Shown here: positions 11,152 to 22,310 of the stretch, piece after piece | Layout: every line of letters starts with the position of its first letter | Numbering within the stretch: position 1 is the stretch's first letter | NCBI GenBank assembly: GCA_016181405.1 | Contig: JACOZJ010000003.1 | Span: 176,126-240,125 of the forward strand | Direction: 5' to 3' | DNA: 64,000 nucleotides | Origin: Candidatus Wildermuthbacteria bacterium | Lineage (GTDB): Bacteria > Patescibacteriota > Minisyncoccia > Minisyncoccales > UBA10102 | Notes under the pieces: generated by a model | The model's input: the letters and a program-made list of their open reading frames with translations, nothing else | Told to the model about the DNA's origin: nothing | The model's database searches: none | Translations under genes and position numbers: made by a program

Positions 11152-11594
11152 TCTTCTTCGGTAATAATAACTCGTATCTCTGCCTCCAGGTTATGTTCAA
11201 GCATAACTCTCACCGGGAACTCCCCTGTCTCTTTCAAGGGCTTCTGGAGTTTAATTTGGCTTTTCTTCACTTCATACCCCATTCCTTTTAAGCGTTCTGC
11301 GATTTTTTGAGCGTTGATTGCTTCAAAGAGTTGACCTTCCTCCCCTACTTTCACCGCGATGGGCACTTCAAGATCATCCAAGCCAGAGGCTAATCCTTGC
11401 ACGTGCTTTAACTCTTCTTCTGATTTTGTAGCCAAAAGTTCCTTTTGCATCTCTAACCATTCGATAGTTTCCGGAGTAGCCTGTTTGGCCAAATCGCGGG
11501 GAAACAAAAAGTTTCTGGCGTAGCCGTCCGCCACTGTTTTAATCTCAAACTTTTTCCCCACCTTGTCGACATCCTGAAGCAAGATAACTTTCAT
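11148..11594 (-). CDS. rplI: 50S ribosomal protein L9
   Basis: [32 protein letters not shown] signature. Confidence 0.92.
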   Translation of the reverse strand: MKVILLQDVDKVGKKFEIKTVADGYARNFLFPRDLAKQATPETIEWLEMQKELLATKSEEELKHVQGLASGLDDLEVPIAVKVGEEGQLFEAINAQKIAERLKGMGYEVKKSQIKLQKPLKETGEFPVRVMLEHNLEAEIRVIITEEE

Positions 11595-11607
11595 AACCTG
11601 TATTCTC

Positions 11608-12801
11608 TCATAGATTTTTTACCGCTTCAATAGCTCTGTCAAGCTGTGGATCCCTTCCTTCATTGAAGTCTTCTTCGCTTTTCTCCACCACGATATCCGG
11701 CTCTAAACCCTCCCCTCCGATACGATTGCCCTTCGGCGTAAGCCATTGAGCTATCGTTATCTTTAAAGAAGATTTATCTTCCAATTCTTTTATCTCCTGC
11801 ACGGAACCTTTGCCAAACGATTTTTGTCCTATTAAAAGCGTTCCTCGGTTATCCCGCAGGGCGCCCGCCAGAATTTCAGAGGCCGACGCTGTCCCTTCGT
11901 TGATCAACACCACCACCTTGTGATCGTACAAACGCGCGCTTCCGCTTGCCTTATGTACTTCTTGATCCGCAGCGGAACCATAATCTTCGATCACGACTAC
12001 ATCTCCCCTTTGTAAAAACCACCCTGCAATATCCACCGCCACATGAAGAAACCCGCCCGGATTATTGCGCAGGTCAAGAACGATTTTATCGGAGGATTGA
12101 AACGCATCCCGTTGAAGGTCCCGAAAATCGTCTCGCAATTTTTCTGAAAATTGGAATATTTTTACGTAGACTACCCCATCCTTCATTTCCCACTGAAGAG
12201 AAGGAATGTTAATAACCGCGCGCTCAATTTCAAAGTCGCGCGGCTCATCCCACCCGTCTCGCAGAATAGTAAGTGTCACCTTTGTGCCTTCCGGGCCACG
12301 GATTAAAGACACTGCCTGATCAACCGTGAGATCCGCGGTAGCAGTATCTTTATCTATTTGTACAATGTGATCTCCCGCCCTCAAACCCACTCTGGCGGCA
12401 GGCGTACCCTCCAAAGGAGCTATAACCTGCAAAGTATCATCACGAATGCCGATTTCTATTCCCACTCCGCTAAAGGACCCCGAAATATCCTCTAAGAAAA
12501 TTTTAGTGTCCTCGGGGGTCATAAACGTGGTATAAGGATCGCCCAAGCTCTTTACCATTCCCTGTATCGCACCGTGCACCATGGCCCTATAATCCAGGGG
12601 CTCGAGACCCACATATTTCTCCTGGATCACGCGCCAAGCCTCCCAAAACAGGGAAAAATCCACGTCTTCTGGTTGATTCTCTTCCAAATTCGTTACTCCT
12701 CGGATAGGCGGCACATATCCATAAGTCTGGCCAGCATAAAATCCGCCTGCAAAACTTACAACCACCCCAAAAAGTAATACCGCAATAATGAGTTTCTTCA
12801 T
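11608..12801 (-). CDS. ctpA: carboxyl-terminal processing protease (S41 peptidase with PDZ domain)
   Basis: PDZ segment and [20 protein letters not shown] catalytic region. Confidence 0.88.
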   Translation of the reverse strand: MKKLIIAVLLFGVVVSFAGGFYAGQTYGYVPPIRGVTNLEENQPEDVDFSLFWEAWRVIQEKYVGLEPLDYRAMVHGAIQGMVKSLGDPYTTFMTPEDTKIFLEDISGSFSGVGIEIGIRDDTLQVIAPLEGTPAARVGLRAGDHIVQIDKDTATADLTVDQAVSLIRGPEGTKVTLTILRDGWDEPRDFEIERAVINIPSLQWEMKDGVVYVKIFQFSEKLRDDFRDLQRDAFQSSDKIVLDLRNNPGGFLHVAVDIAGWFLQRGDVVVIEDYGSAADQEVHKASGSARLYDHKVVVLINEGTASASEILAGALRDNRGTLLIGQKSFGKGSVQEIKELEDKSSLKITIAQWLTPKGNRIGGEGLEPDIVVEKSEEDFNEGRDPQLDRAIEAVKNL

Positions 12802-12821
12802 CGTAATACGCCCCTATTGTA

Positions 12822-13895
12822 TCATACGGGAGACAAAGGAGCAATCTGCACCCGTACGCCAATCAGCCGGATAGGTTTTTGCTTCTCCAAAAGAAATTTC
12901 AAGAACAGCTTCATTGCTTCCGCGCGCAACACTGCTCCCTCCCGGCTCGGCTGCGAAAGTGTTTTTGCCTTTGTATGGGTCTCAAATCCGGTAAAACGGC
13001 ACACCACGCCAACAGTTTTAAAATGCAAACCTTGCTCTCGCACCTCTTGCGCAACTTGCTTAGCCAAGTGCTCAAAGCTTCGAATAAGCAGTTCGGGATC
13101 GCGGGTGTCCTGCTCAAAGGTAATTTCCTTTCCGATTGACTTCACTTCGTGTTCTGCCAAAACAGGATCTTCATCTCTTCCGCGCACACGTCCATACATC
13201 GCCTTCCCACGCGCCCCAAACAAATCTTCCATGTCGTGTTCGGAAAGTTTCTTTAAGTCCACTACTTTTTTGAAATCAGATAAACGCAAAATCTGCGCTG
13301 TTTTTATTCCAATCCCGGGAATCTTTTGGATATCCAAGTTTTCGATAAATGCCTCTGCCTCGTTTTCCGGTACTGTCTTCACGCCGTCTGCCCGCCCGCC
13401 GTCGAGGCGGGGCTTGGCAGCCTCGCACGCCATTTTCGCAATCATCTTGTTTGGCCCTATGCCACAGCTGCAAGGAAGCTGTTCTTGGTCCCTAATAGAT
13501 TTCCGCATCTGCTCTGCCGCTCTCTTCGCCTCCTCATAGCTTTTTAAAAAACTCACGTCGATGTACACCTCGTCGAGCGACACCTGCTCCACCAAAGCCG
13601 AAGCTTCGTTGATAATCTTCATAATGTTTGAGGAAACTTTGCTGTACAGCTCGAAATTGGGCGGCAGATACACAGCGTCGGGACAAAGCGCGTACGCCTT
13701 GGAAATTGGCAGTGCAGAATGAATGCCAAATTTTCTGGCCTCGTAATTCGCTGTCGAAACAACTCCCCTACCCTTTCCGCCTTTGGGTTCGGCACCCACC
13801 ACAATAGGCTTCCCTCGGAATTGCGGATTTTCCCGTTCTTCTATCGCCGCGAAAAATGCATCCATGTCGAGGTGTATGATAATTCTTTTCTCCAT
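12822..13895 (-). CDS. dinB: DNA polymerase IV
   Basis: IIHLDMDAFFAAIE N-terminus. Y-family polymerase motifs. Confidence 0.92.
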   Translation of the reverse strand: MEKRIIIHLDMDAFFAAIEERENPQFRGKPIVVGAEPKGGKGRGVVSTANYEARKFGIHSALPISKAYALCPDAVYLPPNFELYSKVSSNIMKIINEASALVEQVSLDEVYIDVSFLKSYEEAKRAAEQMRKSIRDQEQLPCSCGIGPNKMIAKMACEAAKPRLDGGRADGVKTVPENEAEAFIENLDIQKIPGIGIKTAQILRLSDFKKVVDLKKLSEHDMEDLFGARGKAMYGRVRGRDEDPVLAEHEVKSIGKEITFEQDTRDPELLIRSFEHLAKQVAQEVREQGLHFKTVGVVCRFTGFETHTKAKTLSQPSREGAVLRAEAMKLFLKFLLEKQKPIRLIGVRVQIAPLSPV

Positions 13896-13929
13896 AGGAA
13901 TATTCTACCTTAAAAAATAAAGGCTGCCC

Positions 13930-14142
13930 TTAGGTAGCCCTGATCTGTGAATCGATGAATGACTGTACGCGTTCCTGCGGCACAGTCGCAATCTTCGTCC
14001 ATCCGTTCAGCGGAATCACATTTGTTCGAGTCCATACATCGTCCACTCGAACAGAAAACCATACCGTGAGCTTTGGACTACGGTGGACATAAATATCAAC
14101 TTCCATATCCCCCTCTCCCAACACCTCCGACGAGATCTCCAC
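13930..14142 (-). CDS. hypothetical small protein
   Basis: 70-aa ORF. Confidence 0.3.
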   Translation of the reverse strand: MEISSEVLGEGDMEVDIYVHRSPKLTVWFSVRVDDVWTRTNVIPLNGWTKIATVPQERVQSFIDSQIRAT

Positions 14143-14191
14143 AGAACAAATCTACTCTTTTATAAAAGTTTGTCAATGACTACAAGGAAAA

Positions 14192-14230
14192 CAAAAAAAT
14201 AAAGCCGCTAGCTTGCTGCCAGCGGCAAAA
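14192..14230 (-). terminator. rho-independent terminator downstream of purC
   Basis: GCCGCTGGCAGCAAGCTAGCGGC hairpin followed by a T-run on the minus strand. Confidence 0.6.
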
Positions 14231-14253
14231 ATCTTTCTCGAGAACGCATAGAC

Positions 14254-15258
14254 TTACAGGCCCATACGTTCCTTTTGGTACTGCTCCAGCGACATACCAG
14301 TGAGCCGCTGGAAGATGTCAAGGTACCGCTCTGTTGTTTGCTCCATGATTTCGCGTGGAACTTCAAGCGAAGCCACGAAAGCAAGGTGTTCAGGATTCTT
14401 AGGATCCAATAGGTTGATCCCCCTTCCTGCCGGCGTGTCCACGGTACGGCCCCAGTTTCGCACCGGCTCCTTGTCGTAGAAGACTGGATCGCGCCCTTCC
14501 TTGAGCGCTTTCTCAAGATCCTCCATGGTGGTGAACCGAGAAGAATCGGGAGTAAGAACCTCATCGGCGATAACCACCTGACCCCCAGGGCGTAATCCGA
14601 TCTCGAACTTCGTGTCGAGAATCAGGATACCCATTCTTCGCGCATAGGCATAAGCCAGCTCATACGCCTCTTGGAGTGCGGACGCTGCTCTCTCGCCGAA
14701 TCCTTCCGTGTTCTCAAAAAACTCCTGAACCGTGATATTGGCATCATGCCCTTCCTCTGCTTTCGTAGAAGGAGTGAAGATCGGGAAGTCGAGCTGCTGC
14801 CACTTGGCAAGATCAGGTGGAAGCAGGCGTCCCGCAACCATCCCCGTTTCTTGGTATTGGACCCACACCGATCCCCCGATGTGTCCCCGGAAAATCATCT
14901 CGAAGGGCACAATAGGGAGCTTCCAAACTACCAAGGTCTGCTTGACAGGGAGAGCAGAGTGAACCATCTCCGCCCGATCAAACGGGAAAGTAAGAAGATG
15001 GTGACGGAAGTTCGCCAAAACACACGTAAGCCAGAAGTGAGTGAGAGCCGTCAACACAGCTCCCTTCTGGGGTACCGGTGTCGGCAAAACTACATCAAAG
15101 ATGCTGATACGATCCGTGGCAACTACCACCAGCTTGCGGGGATCTCGAGGATGCTTATATGTATCCCGCACCTTCCCTTGGTAGACTCGCTTGAGGCCCG
15201 CTGCTTCAATCCTCCTGCTGGTTTCCGTTTCTCTGACTGCTTCCGGAATTACTGCCAT
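14254..15258 (-). CDS. purC: phosphoribosylaminoimidazole-succinocarboxamide synthase
   Basis: YQGKVRDTY...VVATDRISIFDVVL SAICAR synthetase motifs. Confidence 0.88.
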   Translation of the reverse strand: MAVIPEAVRETETSRRIEAAGLKRVYQGKVRDTYKHPRDPRKLVVVATDRISIFDVVLPTPVPQKGAVLTALTHFWLTCVLANFRHHLLTFPFDRAEMVHSALPVKQTLVVWKLPIVPFEMIFRGHIGGSVWVQYQETGMVAGRLLPPDLAKWQQLDFPIFTPSTKAEEGHDANITVQEFFENTEGFGERAASALQEAYELAYAYARRMGILILDTKFEIGLRPGGQVVIADEVLTPDSSRFTTMEDLEKALKEGRDPVFYDKEPVRNWGRTVDTPAGRGINLLDPKNPEHLAFVASLEVPREIMEQTTERYLDIFQRLTGMSLEQYQKERMGL

Positions 15259-16598
15259 TGCTGTCTCCTTTCAGCGTTCTCGAATATCCGGGAAATCCCC
15301 CCATGGATATACGAAACTGCGTCGAAGCAACCCTCCAGTACCTCCTCTCCCACAATATCCCGCGCAGTCCTGCCGTCTCCAAAAGGCATCCGCGAGAGCA
15401 TCTCCACAAAAGACACTTCCCGGGCCACGGCCTCGAACGAGGCACGTTGGACGTATTCGTACGCCGCATCGTAGGAGATGCCTTGCTTCATGAGAGCTAC
15501 ACGCACCTGCTGGCCTGCCCACACGCCCTGCGTCTCATCTTCGAGACGCGAACGCATCCGATCGCTGAATACCGTGAGGCGTCCCACCAAACCAGTCGCG
15601 CGCGATGCCATATAGTGCACCAGCGAAGTGGCATCAGGAAAGATATGCCGCTCCACGCTCGATTGAGAGATGTCTCTCCCCTCTGGTGTGGCGATGTTTT
15701 CCTGGGCGGCATGAGCATATGCCCGGACAAGCCGAGCCATACCCATGAGACGCTCCGTGAGTATCGGGTTTTTCTTGTGGGCCATTGCGGAAGACCCTCG
15801 CTGATTCGCCCTTCGCGGCTCCTCCAACTCCCGTACATCAGAACGCATCATCTCCCAGAATGTGCGACACATCTGCTCGATGGTGCCAGTCGCAATCGCC
15901 AGTGCAGACAGGAACGCCGCATGGCGGTCGCGCTGGAGAATCTGGGTTTCGGCGACCGCACGCCGCAGCCCGAGATGACCGAGGGCGATAGCTTCGATTC
16001 GAAGATCCATGCCCGCGTAGTTGCCAACGGCACCAGAAATCTTCGCCTCCCCAAGATCGCGTTCGTACGCTTCCTGGATGCGACCGATACTCCGTCGAAC
16101 CGCTGCGGCGAACACGAGCAACATGTGTCCGAACGTCGTGGGCTCTGCGTACTGACCGTGAGTACGGCCAATCATAAGGGTCCACTGATGCTCGCAAGCC
16201 CTCTGGCTAAGTGCCTCTTGAAGTTTGCCCAACTCTTCGAGGATAAGCTTCGCCGCTTCGCGGAGCATCAAAACAACGGCGGGGTCTTCCACGTCGTAAG
16301 ACGTGATGCCCTTGTGGAGTTCCTCTTTGTATTGCCCGACGCCGGCGCGCTCGAGATATTCTTGCACGCATACGATGAAGGCAATCATGTCGTGATCATA
16401 TTCGGCTTCGAGCTCCGCGATGCGCGGCAGATCGAAAGCGGCATGGCGGGCGATCTGCTCGTACGCTTCCTGCGAAAGGTCTCCAAGCTCCACACGCGCC
16501 TTCAAAACGGCCAACTCCACCTTCAACCAGTATTGGAACTTCGCTGCCTCACTGCCCCAGAGTCTTTTCATGGGTGCAAGGGTATACCGATCAAGCAT
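15249..16598 (-). CDS. purB: adenylosuccinate lyase
   Basis: 449 aa. Fumarate-lyase family with characteristic N-terminus RYTLAPMKRLWGSE. Confidence 0.9.
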   Translation of the reverse strand: MLDRYTLAPMKRLWGSEAAKFQYWLKVELAVLKARVELGDLSQEAYEQIARHAAFDLPRIAELEAEYDHDMIAFIVCVQEYLERAGVGQYKEELHKGITSYDVEDPAVVLMLREAAKLILEELGKLQEALSQRACEHQWTLMIGRTHGQYAEPTTFGHMLLVFAAAVRRSIGRIQEAYERDLGEAKISGAVGNYAGMDLRIEAIALGHLGLRRAVAETQILQRDRHAAFLSALAIATGTIEQMCRTFWEMMRSDVRELEEPRRANQRGSSAMAHKKNPILTERLMGMARLVRAYAHAAQENIATPEGRDISQSSVERHIFPDATSLVHYMASRATGLVGRLTVFSDRMRSRLEDETQGVWAGQQVRVALMKQGISYDAAYEYVQRASFEAVAREVSFVEMLSRMPFGDGRTARDIVGEEVLEGCFDAVSYIHGGISRIFENAERRQQWQ

Positions 16599-16705
16599 GG
16601 TTCTCCCCTTCCTTCTGCCTTAGGTTCGATTCCAAGCCAATTTGAATTGGATTGGTAGAAGAATCTTACGCAAAATCAGGGCAAAACACAAGCGTTTTGT
16701 TGGGA

Positions 16706-16734
16706 TTGAAATATCCCTGAAAACGTGGTACTAT
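16706..16734 (+). promoter_or_regulatory. candidate sigma70 promoter for tRNA-Lys (TTGAAA-N17-TACTAT)
   Basis: -35/-10 hexamers with 17-nt spacer about 110 nt upstream of the tRNA. Confidence 0.4.
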
Positions 16735-16853
16735 AACCCCGAAAGCAAAGCAAATTACATAAGGTACTCGCCTTACGGCGAGCCCAGGGCGATTTTAAAC
16801 GCTCGGCAGAGACGCCTCGCTAAATCGCCCCGCAAAGACAAGCAGTTGTCTTT

Positions 16854-16925
16854 GCGCCCATAGCTCAATGGTAGAGCAGTGGCCTTTTAAGCCATTGGTT
16901 GAAGGTTCGAGTCCTTCTGGGCGCA
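16854..16925 (+). tRNA. tRNA-Lys (anticodon TTT)
   Basis: Cloverleaf: acceptor GCGCCCA/TGGGCGC, anticodon loop CTTTTAA, T-arm GAAGGTTCGAGTCCTTC. Confidence 0.88.
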
Positions 16926-17093
16926 CAGAAACCAAAGCATCATGCCCCCGCATGGTGTTTTTGTTTCTGTTGATTCTAAGATTGGACGCGAACCTAAGAG
17001 GGGGTCGGGGAGATTGGGTATCTCCCCGTGTAGGAAATTATTCAAAACCGAGGGTTTTGAAGGAGTCCTGAGATTCAGTCGAAGGACGACTGA

Positions 17094-17115
17094 TTCGAGT
17101 CCTTCTGGGCGCACA
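17094..17115 (+). repeat. 22-bp direct repeat of the tRNA-Lys 3' end (TTCGAGTCCTTCTGGGCGCACA; first copy 16906-16927)
   Basis: Exact duplication of the T-arm/acceptor 3' half 168 bp downstream of the intact tRNA. No matching 5' half, so not a second tRNA. Confidence 0.8.
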
Positions 17116-17198
17116 ACAATTAACTCTTGCGGATTGACAAACTCAAAACAAAAGAATACAATCCGCGCGGTACCCCAAAAGACTCTAGGAGGAAACCC

Positions 17199-18089
17199 AT
17201 GAAACGACTGAAGTGGAGCGTCATCGCGATCGGGTTAGCAATCGCTTTTGCTGTTGGCCTGCCAGGCACAGCTTATGCAGACGGCATACCCGCCGTTGCA
17301 TGCAACGATTCAAATCTCGCGATTCCATTGTTTTCAGACAGTGGTATTCGGGAAGTAAGGATCCGGCTTAGCCAGTACGTCTGCCCAGGCGATGCGTTCA
17401 TCCTCGTCTCGGGCAACCAAGACGGGGAAGCAGATACGGACTGGCTGAACAAAAACGCACAGACTCTCGCATTAGAGTTTCCCTACGTTCGTATTCTCGC
17501 TGCCACAAGCGGACTTATGAACGTGGAGAAAGTTTCGCGGGAAGCAAATGAGCTCATTGACACCGTGGTCTACGTGTATGAGCCCAACTTCCCGAACGTG
17601 CCCGAGTTTACGTGGGAATTTGAGCCAACGCTCTTCTGGGCGAGAATCGGGGCCCGAATAGCCCACTCGTACAGGAAAGAGTTCTGGTTCAAGCCCACGG
17701 GCCGTCCACTTCTACAGCCTCCTCTCCAGCAGTACGGCTGGGACTATGGCGCATTGGCAACACTTGTGGATGGACTAATAGTTCAAACACAAGGATACTG
17801 CAAGAACGAAGCGTACCTTGTCCTCTATCGGGAGGCGATGCAAAAGCTCCGGCAGCAGTATGTAGATGCGGGAGCCGAAAGCGTCGTGTTCCCTCAAGTC
17901 ACCGTGGGCAAGTTTTTGAGAAACGCCGTGGACGCGGATCGTGCCGCGGAATGCGCCGGTATTGCGCAAGACGAAGCCTACGGCTACAGCGGCATCATGC
18001 TCTGGTGGGAAATAGCCAACACCGAGGAAATGGCTGCCTTCCTCGAGAAGATGCGGCCCTCGATTACCATAGAAGACTACCAAGGCTAA
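17199..18089 (+). CDS. secreted hypothetical protein (GC-rich)
   Basis: GGAGG Shine-Dalgarno before ATG at 17199. Signal peptide MKRLKWSVIAIGLAIAFAVGLPGTAYA. GC content is clearly above that of neighbours. Confidence 0.65.
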   Translation: MKRLKWSVIAIGLAIAFAVGLPGTAYADGIPAVACNDSNLAIPLFSDSGIREVRIRLSQYVCPGDAFILVSGNQDGEADTDWLNKNAQTLALEFPYVRILAATSGLMNVEKVSREANELIDTVVYVYEPNFPNVPEFTWEFEPTLFWARIGARIAHSYRKEFWFKPTGRPLLQPPLQQYGWDYGALATLVDGLIVQTQGYCKNEAYLVLYREAMQKLRQQYVDAGAESVVFPQVTVGKFLRNAVDADRAAECAGIAQDEAYGYSGIMLWWEIANTEEMAAFLEKMRPSITIEDYQG

Positions 18090-18100
18090 GAAAAGCCCGT

Positions 18101-18140
18101 TGCGCAGAGCGCAACGGGCTTCCTGTTTTTCTGAAACACA
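18101..18140 (+). terminator. rho-independent terminator
   Basis: GCCCGTTGCGC-AGAGC-GCAACGGGC hairpin followed by a T-run. Confidence 0.7.
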
Positions 18141-18144
18141 TCAA

Positions 18145-19250
<1,106 letters not shown>

Positions 19251-19254
<4 letters not shown>

Positions 19255-21152
19255 TGATTACTTGAAGGCTTTTCTCCTTCTTGTCCACCTTCGGCAGCTG
19301 GCCCATCTGAACCCGGCGAGGCAGGCGGATTCTGGTACATTGCGGCTCCTATTTTTTGCAAAGCCTGTGAAAGCTGTTCTCCAGCCTGTTTTATTTCCTC
19401 TATTGTATCACCCTCTTTTGCTTTTTTCAAAGCCTCCAACTTTTCCCCAACCTCCTTTTTTATGTCTTCTCCCACCTTATCGCCCGCGTCGCGAAGCGCT
19501 TTTTCTGCTGTGTACATAATGGCATCTGCGGCGTTTCGCGCCTCAATCATCTCTTGTTTCTTTCGATCTTCCTGCGCGTGGAGTTCCGCCTCTTTCTTCA
19601 TGCGCTCCACTTCTTCTGCTGAAATTCCCGTGGAACCTTCTATACGGATAGATTGAGACTTCCCGCTTGCCTTGTCTTTGGCGGTTACGCTCAAAATTCC
19701 GTTGGCATCAATGTCAAAACTCACTTCAACCTGCGGCATGCCGCGAGGAGCAGGAGGAATTCCATCCAAGATAAACCTGCCGAGCGATTTTGAATCTTGC
19801 GCCATAGGCCGCTCCCCCTGCAGCACATGCACTTCTACTGAAGTCTGGCTGTCTGCCGCCGTTGAAAATACCTGGCTCTTTCTCGTTGGAACTGTAGTAT
19901 TCTTCTGTATCAAAACCGTGTTTACCCCTCCTAACGTTTCAATTCCAAGCGACAAAGGCGTAACGTCGAGCAAAAGCACGTCTTTCACATCTCCCTGCAT
20001 AATCCCTGCTTGCACCGCGGCTCCAATTGCAACCACCTCGTCTGGGTTAATAGATTTGTTTGGTTCTTTGCCGAACAAATTCCGCACTGCTTCCTGCATG
20101 GCCGGCATTCTTGTTTGTCCGCCCACAAGAACCACCTCTTGAATATCCTGCGGAGAGAACTTTGCTTCCTGAAGAGTCTGCTTCACCAATTCAATGGACC
20201 TGTCAATGTATTCCCGCACGAGGTTTTCCAGCTGTGTTCGAGTCAGCTTGTAGTAAAGGTGTTTGGGGCCTGCGGCATCCGAGGTAATAAAGGGAAGATT
20301 AATTTCGGTCTCCAGAGAAGTTGAGAGTTCAACTTTTGCTTTTTCTCCAGCTTCCTTTAAGCGCTGCAACGCTAAGGGATCTTTTGAAAGATCAATCCCC
20401 TCGTCTTTCCTGAACTGATCTATCAGCCAATCCATAACTTTTTGATCGAAATCTTCTCCTCCAAGGTGAGTATCTCCTCCGGTTGCTTTTACCTCAATGG
20501 TGTCTGCTGAAACTTCAAGAATAGAAATATCGAACGTGCCTCCGCCAAAGTCATACACAATAATCCGCTCGTCTTTCTTTTTGTTTAAGCCATAAGCAAG
20601 CGCTGCCGCGGTTGGCTCATTGAGCACTCGTTTCACTTCAAGCCCCGCGATCTCCCCCGCAACCTTGGTTGCTTTCCTTTGGCTGTCGTCGAAATACGCG
20701 GGAACCGTAATAATAGCTTCGGTGATTTTTTCTCCCAGCCTTTCTTCTGCATCCTGCTTGAGTTTACGGAGCACCATGGCGGAAATCTCAGAGGGCTTAT
20801 ACCACTTCCCTTGCCCTGAGTTTGCCGAAGGGTCTCCCATTTTCACTTCCACTCCCCCATCTTCTCCCTCTTTTATCTCATAGGGCAGCAACTTTTTATC
20901 TTGCTGAACCGAAGCGTCGGAAAACCGCCGCCCCATCAAGCGCTTCACTTGAAACAACGTGTTTTTGGGGTTAGTAATCTGCTGGCGCTTTGCCTGAATA
21001 CCAACTAAAATCTCTCCGCTTTTTGCGGCTGCGACTACTGAAGGAGTCACACGAGCTCCCTCTCTGTTTTCGATAATCTTGGGTTCACCTCCTTCCATAA
21101 CCGCGATTTCAGACAAGGTAGTCCCAAGATCGATTCCTACAATTTTTGCCAT
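19251..21152 (-). CDS. dnaK: molecular chaperone DnaK (Hsp70)
   Basis: IGIDLGTT, DLGGGTFD and other Hsp70 signatures. Confidence 0.97.
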
Positions 21153-21156
21153 AATT

Positions 21157-21621
21157 TTATTTTACTACTTTCACTTTTGCTGGTCTTATTAATGTCCCAT
21201 TCATTATATATCCTTTTTCAACCTCCTCTGCCACCACTCCCGATTCCCCTTGCCCTGAGCCTGTCGAAGGGTCCACTTCACCCACTGCCTCATGGATTTT
21301 CGGGTCAAAGGGTTTCCCTACCGATTCAATCGCCTCAATCCCTTCACTCTTTAGAAACTCCTGCCATTGCGACACAATCTGCAAAAACCCTTTGTATACC
21401 TTATTCTCGCGCTCCCCCTCTGGAATTTCTTTTTCTGCTCTTGCTAAGTTATCCAGAATCGGCAAAATTTTCTCCAAAAGGCAGCGTCTTGAAAAATCTA
21501 TCGTTGCCTGCATTCTTTCCTCTTCCTCTTTTTTATAGTTTAGAAAGTCAGCCTTCGCCCTTTTCCAGCCATCCAAGTATTCATCGCGCTCTTTTTTTAT
21601 CTTTTCAATCTCTTTTTCCAT
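21157..21621 (-). CDS. grpE: nucleotide exchange factor GrpE
   Basis: 154 aa with GrpE C-terminal motif. Lies in the dnaK operon. Confidence 0.88.
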   Translation of the reverse strand: MEKEIEKIKKERDEYLDGWKRAKADFLNYKKEEEERMQATIDFSRRCLLEKILPILDNLARAEKEIPEGERENKVYKGFLQIVSQWQEFLKSEGIEAIESVGKPFDPKIHEAVGEVDPSTGSGQGESGVVAEEVEKGYIMNGTLIRPAKVKVVK

Positions 21622-22259
21622 ATATCTACGAGAGGTTGAATTAATCTAATATTCTTGTGATATCGCATGCGCTTTGGGCCCACAATGGCCACAAAGCCGT
21701 TTTGCCCTTTCGCAAAGTCGCATTCGCACACTATCATACTAAAGTCCACAATCCTTGAAAAGGGATTCTCTCTTCCAATATATACTTGGAGCCGCTCCCC
21801 TTCGAGCGCCCGCTCGATGTTCTGCTCCACATCCAAAAGAAATTTCGTAAAGTTTCCCCGGAGTTCTGCGCGCGTAAATTCAGGTTCCTGCAGAAGATGC
21901 TCCCATCCTTCTTTCCAAAGAATATTCCGGTGATAGGCAAGAACCAAGTCAGAAAAGTCAGATTCATCCTCCACGTCTTCCTCGTCTAGCGCACGCTTTT
22001 CCAAGCTCTCATTTACGAAAAAACGGTATCCCCGGTCGGTTGGCACGCGGCCAGCAGACGTATGCGGCTGTTCTAAATACCCTCCCCTCGCAAGGGAAAA
22101 AAGCTCCGAGCGAATGGTTGCCGATGAGAAAGGTAACTCATAGCGCGATTCAAGCCATGAAGAACTTATGGGTTGGGCGCGATCGATATATTCGAAAATT
22201 GTCTTATACAGAATATCTTTCTGCCGCTCGGTGAGCACCATAATTCTTCTATTATACAC
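21597..22259 (-). CDS. hrcA: heat-inducible transcription repressor HrcA (short form, 220 aa)
   Basis: LTERQKDILYKTIFEYI wHTH N-terminus. First gene of hrcA-grpE-dnaK-dnaJ. A CIRCE element lies immediately upstream. Confidence 0.8.
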   Translation of the reverse strand: MYNRRIMVLTERQKDILYKTIFEYIDRAQPISSSWLESRYELPFSSATIRSELFSLARGGYLEQPHTSAGRVPTDRGYRFFVNESLEKRALDEEDVEDESDFSDLVLAYHRNILWKEGWEHLLQEPEFTRAELRGNFTKFLLDVEQNIERALEGERLQVYIGRENPFSRIVDFSMIVCECDFAKGQNGFVAIVGPKRMRYHKNIRLIQPLVDIWKKRLKR

Positions 22260-22268
22260 GCAAGGAAA

Positions 22269-22295
22269 TTAGCAGTCAACCCCCTAGACTGCTAA
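22269..22295. promoter_or_regulatory. CIRCE operator (TTAGCAGTC-N9-GACTGCTAA)
   Basis: Perfect 9-bp inverted repeat with 9-nt spacer 10 nt upstream of the hrcA start. Matches the CIRCE consensus TTAGCACTC-N9-GAGTGCTAA with a compensatory C/G swap in both arms. Confidence 0.85.
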
Positions 22296-22310
22296 TTTAC
22301 CCTGTCTAGG

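Noticed and set aside
15258-16658. 466-aa plus-strand ORF
   Set aside because: It is entirely antisense to adenylosuccinate lyase (purB). Its protein is low-complexity and Arg/His-rich with no motifs. This is a typical shadow ORF in a GC-rich codon frame.
17040-17116. Second tRNA after tRNA-Lys
   Set aside because: Only the 3' 22 nt (T-arm and acceptor 3' strand) is present. No complementary 5' acceptor strand or D/anticodon arms exist upstream, so it is a repeat, not a gene.
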